Below, in pieces: positions 10,491 to 19,743 of a DNA stretch of 20,000 nt. The translations under genes were made by a program, and so were the position numbers. A model generated the notes under the pieces. It ran no database searches and was not told where the DNA came from. It saw only the letters and a program-made list of their open reading frames with translations. The stretch is from assembly GCA_049999805.1 (NCBI GenBank), contig JBNGIO010006064.1, forward strand, positions 56,359 through 76,358, written 5' to 3'. Source of the DNA: Folioceros fuciformis (Eukaryota). Each line of letters begins with the position of its first letter. Position 1 is the first letter of the stretch.

Positions 10491-11565
10491 ATGGCGNNNN
10501 NNNNNNNNNNNNNNNNNNNNNNNNNNNNNNNNNNNNNNNNNNNNNNNNNNNNNNNNNNNNNNNNNNNNNNNNNNNNNNNNNNNNNNNNNNNNNNNNTGGA
10601 GGAGGTGGCAATGCGCATCGAGCGAGAGTTCAAGGAGCTATTGTTGGACAGCAAGACGCCGGAAGACGTGGCCTTCTTCCGGTCTCCTTCCGGGAACGCG
10701 CAAGGCTCTGTGCTGCTACGCACCAGTTTGGACAAATCGCAGGCTAGTCCGAGTTGCTGTCATTAGCATGTTGCATCCAATGGGATTCGGTTCAGTCTGT
10801 GTTTGATAGTGAAGCAATTTTGGCACGAGAAGTGTGTCTACACGGGCATTGTGTATCCGACCCGACGAGTCAGGGGAATCAGAAGAAGCTACTCGGAAGA
10901 GGCAATTCAGAGTAAGAAAGAAGCCTTGTTCACGGTGCGTCGGGTGTCTGCAGGTGAACCTGGTGGTTGGATCATGGCTGCACTGCGTGCTGGCGGGAGG
11001 GACGCTGGATATGGCGACGCTGAGCGTGATGCTAGGGCCGGAGACGGACGCGCCACACCTGCTGCTGGAGCTGATTGTGAGCGGGAGCAGCAGTGTGGTG
11101 CTGCTGCTGGATCTGTTGCCGCGCAAGGACGTGGTGATGGAGCCTCAATATCTGGACCGCTTCTACGCGGACACGGAGCTGGAGAAGGTGCGGCAGGACA
11201 TGGACAAACATCCCGCCGCCCATCCTTATGTCTCGGCCTCGCTCTTCTCACGCAGCGTCGTGTCCGCCACAGCTCTGCTATTCAAGTTCCCCGACCTTCA
11301 GCCAGAGCCCGCATCCCCTTCCATCCACACCGTCTTCCGGGAGGTGCTGCAACCGGCGGTGCGACGGGTATTCCTCGTCTGGCTGCACGCATATCGCTAC
11401 CGCGGCAAGGACGTTCGGGACGAGCAGGAGCGCCTGGCCTTGGTGACGCGCGACTTGCATATAAAGACAAGGGTTCTCGAGGCGGACTTGTCCTCCAATC
11501 TACCCCGCCTCTTCGGCCAACGCATCACTAACAGAGTCATGGAGGCATACAGTAAAGGAGAGTAA
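10491..11565 (+). CDS. RCCR: Red chlorophyll catabolite reductase (ferredoxin-dependent bilin reductase family); 5' part lies in an assembly gap
   Basis: Putative start GCC ATG GCG at 10491 (uncertain, just before the gap). Exon sequence 10597-10742 (...TPEDVAFFRSPSGNAQGSVLLR) and 10954-11565 (VVGSWLHC, DAPHLLLELI, LLLDLLPRKDVVMEPQYLDRFYADT, PYVSASLFSRS, LEADLSSNLPRLFG) matches RCCR/ACD2. Confidence 0.9.
10497..10596. other. Assembly gap (100 N, probably nominal size)
   Basis: Run of exactly 100 N. Confidence 0.99.
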
Positions 11566-11929
11566 ACCTTCACGTGTCTTAGCTTCGTAGTGTTATTCCA
11601 TTGCGGGTTCACATGCATTTATCTCCCACCTTGCTGCACAGACCATTTTCATAGCGGGCTCCCATACATGCAACCTACAAATTTTGTGCGTTTCATTGAC
11701 ATATAGGCTCCTACTCTTTGTACTGATGACTCTAGACCAGCCGCAAACTATACAAGAACCTGCAGGGCAAACCCCTACCGTGACGAGACCATCAAATTTG
11801 CTCCCACATGATGCCCCCCGATTCTACTGCTTCAGAGCAGAGCAAAAAGCACAACAACCATATGTACAAGCACCTGGATACACGGATATATACGAATCAG
11901 TCGCGCCGCACCCCAAGCTTCTCTGTGAT

Positions 11930-13262
11930 TTAGGCTTTGGTCCTCTTCGCTGAGACAATTGTCAGCACCATGATCGCCAGCACCATGCAACACCTGATAG
12001 TTCTGTCCAGAGGATCCCCATCCTTCTCACCAAACACTTTAGTGTCAGCATACTCAAATAACTGACGCAGCATATCCATAACTCCGTCCATAAGGTTGGA
12101 CAAATATTTCTTGGTGCGGTTTAACATTCCAGAGAAAGTGAGGGACGTTTCTTCGCCGCCTTCCTCATTCTCCTCTTCTGTCAAGGAGCTGCCAGATTCA
12201 CTGCTGGGCGGATCTGATGTACAAAGAAAAATCAAAAATGTTGGCAGCATGAAAAATCCACAGTCTCACGAAGCGAAAACTAAGTCCTAGTACCTGTACC
12301 ACTCAGGTTGCGGCGAAATTTCTGCACCTCGTCGTTTCTCCAAACAGCCTCCCATACTGCCTTGTCCATTGCAAGAGACCTCACAACCTTCTGAGAATTA
12401 AAAAACATGAGACAAGTGAGAGAATGGAAATCATGAACCAGTCAGGGTGAGTAGAGAGGCCATCATGCAAATGGCATGGAAGGTGCTTGTCATCACATCA
12501 CAGAGCCCCACTGACCTGAACGTCACCGTTGTGCTGAAACAAGTGGAGAGCCTCAGCCATCGAGGAAGACTGCCGGCGACCACCATACATCATCGGGGGC
12601 TCCATCCAAGGCGCCAGAGTCTGCTGCTGCTCCCCTCCGTGCGGAAGAGCCTCCTCCACGGATACTGATGTCCCCTCCAAATCACCAACACCTAGCACTG
12701 GAGAAGAAGGAGGACTCGTGGCATAACCTCTACACGCCCCACAGACAAACACACACACGCACACAGAAACCTAAACCATCTTCCGGAGCAGCACGACCAC
12801 GGAAGCGCGACAGAAAAAAAAAGAAGAGGAAGAACAAGGGACCAAGAGCAGCGGTTCCTTCCGGAAATAGTGAGAGAATTACAAGCGGATAGCATTGTGC
12901 AGGTCACGCGACGCCTCATCTACCTCCTGCTCCGTGGGAAGGAAGCCGAGCACGAGATGCGGTCTACGGCCCTGCCCATCCACAAACTCCCAATCGTCCA
13001 CCTCCCAGCCCGGCGGAACCGAGGCGTGAAGCTGGCTGGCGGCAAGCGCCTGCGCGGACGGAGGGCCCTCAGTCTTGCAGACGCAGGCCGGGAGCGGGGC
13101 CGGCGTGCCCCCGGTGGACGCCGTCGTCCCCCGAGCTTGTACCGCAGTACACATGTTGCATATTGCCGTGGCTACAGCAGTCGAAGAAGAAGAAGCGGCG
13201 TTTGCGCCTGCCACCACAGCGGCTCGACCTACCCCGCGGACAACCATGGATCCCCCGCCCAT
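11930..13262 (-). CDS. Conserved uncharacterised plant protein (At4g25170/UCP012943-like) with C-terminal hydrophobic helix, about 324 aa
   Basis: Exons 13262-12883, 12729-12516, 12390-12294 (or 12300), 12213-11930 keep frame. Family-like motifs: MGGGSMVVRGVGRA, DDWEFVD, GFLPTEQEVDEA, WMEP, ALHLFQHNGDVQKVVRSLAMDKAVWEAVWRNDEV, and terminal CMVLAIMVLTIVSAKR (tail-anchor-like). Confidence 0.85.
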
Positions 13263-13279
13263 GCTCCCTCGTCCTCCTG

Positions 13280-13379
13280 NNNNNNNNNNNNNNNNNNNNN
13301 NNNNNNNNNNNNNNNNNNNNNNNNNNNNNNNNNNNNNNNNNNNNNNNNNNNNNNNNNNNNNNNNNNNNNNNNNNNNNNN
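13280..13379. other. Assembly gap (100 N)
   Basis: Run of exactly 100 N, within a probable 5'UTR intron of the minus-strand gene. Confidence 0.99.
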
Positions 13380-13444
13380 GCCCACAACACCAAAACACAA
13401 GAACACGCCAAAACACACCACACAGCCTCCTTCTAAACCACCAC

Positions 13445-13490
13445 CTCTCGGTGTGCCCTCCTCTCCCCCTCTGGTCACCTCGGCGCGAAC
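13445..13490 (-). other. Putative non-coding 5'UTR exon of the At4g25170-like gene
   Basis: On - strand: strong acceptor (poly-T)CTCTTTTGGCTCATAG ending at 13491, donor GAG|GTGGTG at 13444, a GT-rich intron-like tract, and a CAG acceptor at 13279-13277 just upstream of the ATG. Confidence 0.5.
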
Positions 13491-14150
13491 CTATGAGCCA
13501 AAAGAGAAAAAAAAAAAAGGACGCATATAGCACAGCAGTGAAAGCACTAAACATGCAGGAAATAGCTGCATTGTACGCATGTCGCCCCCTTTACTGAGAG
13601 GCCACCCACAGCACAGCACCGTCAGTCTGCTAAATTACATGCACATTAAAGTGTGTACTTTCCGCTAACAAAATATCTGTGCACTTTTCAGTCGAGATAC
13701 ATAACGGTACACCATATCCAGCGGCCCTTCTCTTCTCTTCCCTTCCCCTTCCCTTCCCTTTCCTTCATGCAAAATCCGACCCGAAATATTGAAGCACCAC
13801 CTTTGCTACCCACCCTACGCAGATTTACATACCAAAATGTCCATCTCCTTCCCCACGATGTCATGTCCTCCACCCCTTGCCAACTTTTCTATGACCTTCA
13901 CCTTTCTTCATCTCCATTGAAAGCCTAACTTCTGTGAAACAGCCTGTTGAGTGGAGTTTCGTTTTGGCATTTGTCCCTAGGGCCAGCCTCTGCATTAGAC
14001 TCTAGGCCCTAGAGCTTGGAGAAACTGGGAGAGCGGCCTCAGAGCCTCGGATCCTCTCGGCCCCAGAGCATAGGCACAATCTTGTGATAAACTTGGAGAA
14101 ACCACCGTTGAGTCTGGACAACCAGTGCCTCTCTTTGTGCCAGAGAGAAC

Positions 14151-14683
14151 GAGTGTGGTGTGTCTCATGGTGGCCAACTGTGATGATCCAGTCTGAATCA
14201 CTGCCACTGTGCTTTCTTACTTGGTGAGAGGACGGTTAGGGAAGGAGACGGAATTTTTTTTGGCTTCGAATTGGGAGCTGGGAGGTTGAATCAGGGTACC
14301 TGTTGCGAGGGTCGACGGGGCTCGAACTCCAACCTCAGTAATGTGCGTAGAGGCAACACAAGTCGGCAGCACAGTCGATGAAACAGTTCATTCGAACGAT
14401 GAAACAAGTTTCAAAAATCAAGAATCTCTCCTCAGTCGTTCTTTACTGGCTCTTGGAGTCGTGGTGTTGCATGGTGGCCAGCCGTGGTGATCCGGTCTGG
14501 ATCACTGCCACTGGTTCCCACTTGGTAACACGGAGGGAGAGTAAGGCAAGGGAAGGGAAGGAAAGGAAACTTTCTTGTTTCAAATTGGGAGTTGGAATGG
14601 TGAAGCAGGGTGTAGTGAGGATACACGAGGCTCCAACTCCAATCCTCCGTCATGTCCGCAGAAGGAACACAAATCGGCAGCAC
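14151..14683. repeat. Diverged direct tandem duplication, two copies of about 225 bp (14151-14372 and 14456-14683)
   Basis: Colinear shared blocks: CATGGTGGCCA, TGATCCRGTCTGRATCACTGCCACTG, ACTTGGT, TTCRAATTGGGAGYTGG, GGCTCSAACTCCAA, AACACAARTCGGCAGCAC; period about 300-310 bp. Confidence 0.85.
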
Positions 14684-14713
14684 CAGGCTGCGTGGAATAG
14701 AGGCCACATCCAT

Positions 14714-14789
14714 GGACGGAGTAAGGTGGAGGAATGTATATCGAAACAAGGACGGAGTAAGGTGGGGGAATATATATCAAAACAAGGAC
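14714..14789. repeat. 36-bp tandem repeat, 2.1 copies
   Basis: GGACGGAGTAAGGTGGAGGAATGTATATCGAAACAA followed by GGACGGAGTAAGGTGGGGGAATATATATCAAAACAA (3 mismatches), then GGAC. Confidence 0.9.
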
Positions 14790-15314
14790 AGAGGCTCGGA
14801 CACCACGTGCGGAGAAAGAACGACGGTGGCTAGCCCTCAGACGCAGAGCTGGTGCGATCGATTTGCAACTACTGGAAGTCTAGGGTTCAAGCCAGTCGGT
14901 CGCGGGGCCAGCGAGTGCAACGGCGCCGGAAACAACTCCCATGAGGTCCCACGGTACCTCCACCTTGTTCTCACGTTCCCCCGGCCGTGCGGGCATCAAA
15001 TCTGCCTGCAACTTGCCCTCGCCCTTGCCCTGTTCCCCCTCCCGCTTCCTCCCCGCTACGTGTCCCAGCTGGAAATCTGGAAGACATCCACATCCCAGCC
15101 GCCGCCGCCATCGTCATCCGCGGGCCCTGTCGAAGAGGTATCCAACAGAACTCGCCGGACTACTATGTCGTGTTTCTCCGGGCTCCGCGCAGACGGGAAT
15201 CGAATCAAAAAGCTGTTTTCGCTTGCGATAGCTCTCACAAGCGGCGACATTTCTTGAGGGCATAAATGTAGGGATATAGGACGACAAATGTATATCTGGA
15301 GCGCAGAAGGTAGA

Positions 15315-15321
15315 TATAAAA
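15315..15321 (+). promoter_or_regulatory. Candidate TATA box of the DHU1-like gene
   Basis: TATAAAA in a local AT-rich island about 230 nt upstream of the ATG, followed by a pyrimidine-rich leader. Confidence 0.3.
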
Positions 15322-15549
15322 AAATACAGTATGTACTAGTATGTTCATTCTCGTGGATGAGGAAAAGAGCCCTCTCTGAGAGACCCAAAGGCTGAAACCG
15401 GCAGACGAGAGCAGCCGCTCTCAAATCCTTCCTCCGACTCCTTCAAAACAATGCCGGACTCTGCCAGTTCCAGCTCCTGGCCTCCCCCCTGACCCGCGCC
15501 CGCTTTCTCGCCCGACCGGCCTCGGGCTGACCCTGCGCCGGTCGTGCAC

Positions 15550-18500
15550 ATGGACGAGGACGAGGACCTGGAGATGGATATGGAGATGGAGATGAGCACC
15601 GCCTCCTCGACTCTGCCTGCCAGGTCCGTCGCGTTCTTCTGTTTCTTTTTTTTTTTCCTTTTTTTTCTCCCCTTCGTCTTTCTTCTGCTCTTCTGGCCGA
15701 TTGCAAGGGCAAGGAGGGCGAGTGTAACGAGATTTTCACCCTGTTATGGATTGCAGGTACGCACACGCGTGCGAGCGGCATGGTGTGCTTCCGCACCATT
15801 CCATTTGTCTCGCCATTGCAAAGGTGAGCCGTTTTTCTGCATCATTGGGAAGCTGGCAAGGTGGAATTCTTTCTGGGACTGCTCACAACCTTTCTTGCGC
15901 GCTGCGTGTTCAGATGAGGTTGCATCCCAGCGCATCGGAATTGGAGTTGGTGGTTGACCAACTGGTGGATGAGGATGTAGCCCCTATTGTAGATCTTCTG
16001 GCGGCTGCAGCAGGGAGTGAGGAGCTTACAGCCGTCGATGTCTCCTACAACACCGAACAGCCGTCCTGCCTGGATGGGATTGTGTTCATGCACCTGCTGC
16101 GTGCTGCTGGTTCCAAGCTTAGGACTGTGGGGCTCAGGAACAGCGCTTTTAGTCGGGAAGCGCTCAGGTTGGCTCACCAGCAGCTGCTGGTACACAACCC
16201 GCATCCTCCTCTTCTGCTTCCCCTCATGGCCCATGCTAATTATCCGATGCTGTTCCTGGTTTAGGGATCTTTTTCAAGGAGGGATCTTGTCCACGAGTCT
16301 GGACATGAGTGTCTCTCGAGTACGGAACATGGACATGACGGGCAATTTTCCACTGCTGCATACCTTGACGCTGGACTACACCTTCCCAATCACACACTTG
16401 CCAGAGGGATGCTTTAAGGGAATGCCACATCTTGCCAGGCTTTCCATGTGTGGTACAGACATTGCTAATCTGTGGACGACGTGTGCTGCGCTCGTCAAAC
16501 TCCCTCGCCTCGTGGAACTACGCTTCCAGAAGAAGTGTCTCTGCTGTCAAGGGACTGGCCAGTGTAGGAGTCAAAACAAGATGAGGCACCACATGGATTG
16601 GCTTCCTACCCTGGACAACTTGGGTTTGCTCGAAGTGCAGTCGTCTCGGTTTCCCGCGACTGAAGATGAAGATGGTATAAGCATGTTCTTCGATCACGAT
16701 TTTGCTCTGCCGCCCAGGCAGGCCCATGCGGATAGTGGGGACACCTCGGCTGCTCCAGCGGACGACTCAGCTTTCATGGATGTTGGATTCGGAGAGCAAG
16801 AGAGCTCTGAGGACCTCCTGGAGCCTGACCTCGATGAACTGTCGGGGACAATGAGTGCCAGTAGTCACGCATCCACAGAGCCCTCAGATGATATAGACAG
16901 AATGGACTTTGGAAGAAGTGAAGGAGTTGGTAGTTCAGGGGACGAGGGTGAAGAGCCTTCTATGCCATCAAGGGGAGGCACTTCATTTGGGCTGCGGGTT
17001 ATCCACACCTCACCCATCTGTTTTCAGAAACACTACAGGGAATTCATGGTGGCAAATCTGAAGGGCCTCAAAGTCCTGGATAATGTGTACATCTATGAGA
17101 AGGAGAGGGATCATGCACAACAGGTTTGCAGTGATCGATTTGAACGAATGGCCAACAACAGGAGGGAAGATGAGAATGTGCTTGAGATACTGAGGCATCG
17201 TGAAATGGGCAGTGGAGCAACTCTTCGCAGATCAGGTGCAGTCCGCAGGACTCGTAGTAGTGTTGGATTCTCCAGGTCCCTGTGTGCTGCGAAAATGGCA
17301 TCATGTTCTTGGCCATCCACCACTCCCATATGTCGGTTTAAAAAGTCAAATTTTGACATCAACCGAAGGTGCAGGGCACGTCAATTTGAGTATCATCCCA
17401 CAGAGCCGTCGTATATGGTGTTTGGCACGCTTCATGGAGAGGTGGTGGTGGTGAATCACGAGAGTGACAAAGTCGTGGGCTATGTACCGTCAATCGGGCA
17501 GCACAGCATATTGGGCCTTTGCTGGCTAAACAAAGACCCCAGCAAGGTAAATTGTCTACTACCCTGAAAAGTCATTCTACTTATTGTGACTGTAATAGTT
17601 TGGCCTTACGTTTGGTTTGTTTTGCTGTGCAGCTCATTGCCGGCTCAGACAATGGGTCACTACGACTTTATGATGTGAACCACATGCATCGAACTATTGT
17701 GCTACCTGGACGGAGTGACAGCAGACTGAGCACCCGTGGTGGAAGCAGTCTCTGGTCAGCACATTCTGGGGTGACGTCTCGCACCCGTCGCAGTCCGACA
17801 ATCTACACATATGATAACTTTGAGCAGCTAACGTCAGTGCATATTAATTGCACGGATGACTACTTCCTTGCTAGTGGGTATTCAAAGCATGTCGGCCTGT
17901 ATGATCTCCGAACCGGGAAGCGGCTGCAGATCTTTTCGGATCTGCATCAGGAGCACATAAATGTAGTGAAGTTTGCACATCACTCTCCTCATCTATTTGC
18001 CACCTCTTCTTTTGACAGAGACATCAAAATGTGGGACATTAGGCAGAAGGCAGTTAAGCCGATCTACACAGTTCAAAGCACCAAAGGAAATGTAATGGTG
18101 TGCTTCTCTACGGACGACCACTACCTTCTATCATCAGCTGTTGACAACGAGGTACGCTGTAGTTGAATAGAGCTTGAAGTGAGTCAGTGCCATTTTCTCA
18201 AGAGTACATGAAGAACTTCGATGTAACATGTGGAAAGTTTGGTGGGTTGCAGGTACGCCAGCATCTGTCTGTGGATGGCAGGTTGCACATGATGTTTGAC
18301 ATTGCTCCCACTGGTCGCACTCAAAATTACACGCGTTCTTATTACATGAACGGAAGGGATTACATAATCACAGGAAGTTGTGAGGAGAATGTGGTTCGCG
18401 TTTGTTGTGCCCAGACAGGGAGGCGCCTTCGGGATGTGGCTTTGGAGGTATGTGGCTTCGTTGGTAGACGAGCAGGTGAACAAAGCATATGCATGCAGAT

Positions 18501-18911
18501 TGCGACAATGTAACACAGGCGTGTGCTATGTTGCAGGGTCGTGGTCTGAAAAATTCCCTCTACGTGCAGTCGTTGAGAGGAGACCCTTTTAAGGTGATCA
18601 TACGATTTCCGTGCCCTTTTGTGATCACATTATGCGGGCTGTACATGGTTGTTTGATGTGTCTTTTCTGCGCAGGCCTTCCACTTCTGTGTGTTGGTTGC
18701 TTACAACCTTCCTCATTCTCGATCTGAGATAGTGAAGGTGAGTGGTCTAATATTGCCACTGCATTTGCATTCCCGCTGCGTGGTAGCGTTGTGACGACTA
18801 AAAAACAGTTGTCTGGAATTGCGTCAGGTCAACCTTCTGTCCAGTGAAGGGCACAAGAGGGGAAGCCAAGCTGAACCGCAGTACACATCTCTTGCGAGCA
18901 TGGGAGCTTGA
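15550..18911 (+). CDS. DHU1: LRR + WD40 (DWD) protein, DWD HYPERSENSITIVE TO UV-B 1-like (putative CUL4-DDB1 substrate receptor), about 864 aa
   Basis: Exons 15550-15623, 15757-15823, 15914-16167, 16265-17546, 17633-18151, 18253-18447, 18537-18593, 18675-18737, 18828-18911 keep frame. Motifs YAHACERHGVLP, LRRs (LHTLTLD, CFKGMPHLARLSMC, NLWTTCAALVKLPRLVELRFQ), LRRcap-like HYREFMVANLKGLKVLDN, RQFEYHP, LIAGSDNGSL, DWD box ATSSFDRDIKMWDIR, NYTRSYYMNGRDY, VQSLRGDPF. The exact start among several nearby Met codons is uncertain. Confidence 0.9.
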
Positions 18912-19743
18912 TTCATTTGGAGCCCGAAGTTTAGGTGGCCATAGGAGCTTCAGCCTGTTTCGAACGTTGTAAAATAGTCCATCCTTATTGGTTTGTCCCA
19001 ACCTCGCTGCCCTTCCCTTCACATTCTTGACAAGAATGTCATGGGTTGCGCTGTCGAGCCCTGGACTACGTGTGACAACACTCGTGCATCACATTCATTT
19101 TTCTTGGAGTAAGATCCGAAGTCTGCAGGGAAGGGTTGGGCGGCCGGGGTGGTCTGTCAGGGACCTTCGGTGTTCGACATGCAAGCCTACATCATTACAC
19201 CTTTTCCCTGTGTCCAAACTGGGCGGCAGTGACTTGGACTGACAAGGTACTGAAGCCCGTCCGTTTAGGTGAAGTCGGAAAACGGCTGGCCATTTGAAGA
19301 CTGAGTGTTTCTTGGGCCGTAGCCAAAATATATTCGCCGCTCCCGAGAAACTGTAAAACGTGGGAGGGGAGACCTCTTCATTAGTCCCACTTCTACTAAT
19401 CTGGCTTGAATAAACGTGACAACAAGATTCTAGGCATGCACAGAGATCCTCGCACAGTGAGGACCAAATTACATGTGTACATAAATATGTACGTACCACC
19501 TTGGAAGAAAAATGGAACAATGGGTGACCACCGTCCTTGTGAGATCTTTGCCCAGAGGTACTGTAGGTACCTAGTCGACCTGTCCATGGAGAAGCGCGGC
19601 CCAACGAAAAGGTCCAACTAGCATCCTCCCTCGTCGTCTACATGTATCTCTTGGGCGCGAGAGGAGAGGCAGCCAAGCTGTCCTTCGAGGCGCCGAAGGG
19701 CCGAAGGAGCCCGATGAAAGCACACAACCAGTCGAGGGGAGTT

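Noticed and set aside
2556..11565. Biosynthetic gene cluster (reductase-like, DHQS, RCCR), for example for mycosporine-like compounds
   Set aside because: DHQS has canonical shikimate-type AroB motifs with no O-methyltransferase or ATP-grasp partner, and the neighbours belong to unrelated housekeeping pathways.
13975..14102. Short palindromes (CCCTAGGG, CTCTAG-GCC-CTAGAG) and a repeated CTTGGAGAAAC
   Set aside because: Too short to exceed chance; no TIR/TSD structure or long stem.
14179..14196. TGATGA...CTGA resembling C/D-box snoRNA motifs
   Set aside because: The boxes are only a few nt apart, and both are altered in the second copy of the duplication (TGGTGA, CTGG).
14311..14332. GGAGTTCGAGCCCC on the - strand resembling a tRNA T-loop/B-box (tRNA or SINE)
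   Set aside because: The T-stem does not pair, no cloverleaf or clear A-box is present, and the motif is not kept in copy 2.
19681..19725. Possible hammerhead ribozyme core (CCGATGA, GAAA, adjacent hairpins)
   Set aside because: CCGATGA is not the CUGAnGA core, and no stem II separates it from GAAA.
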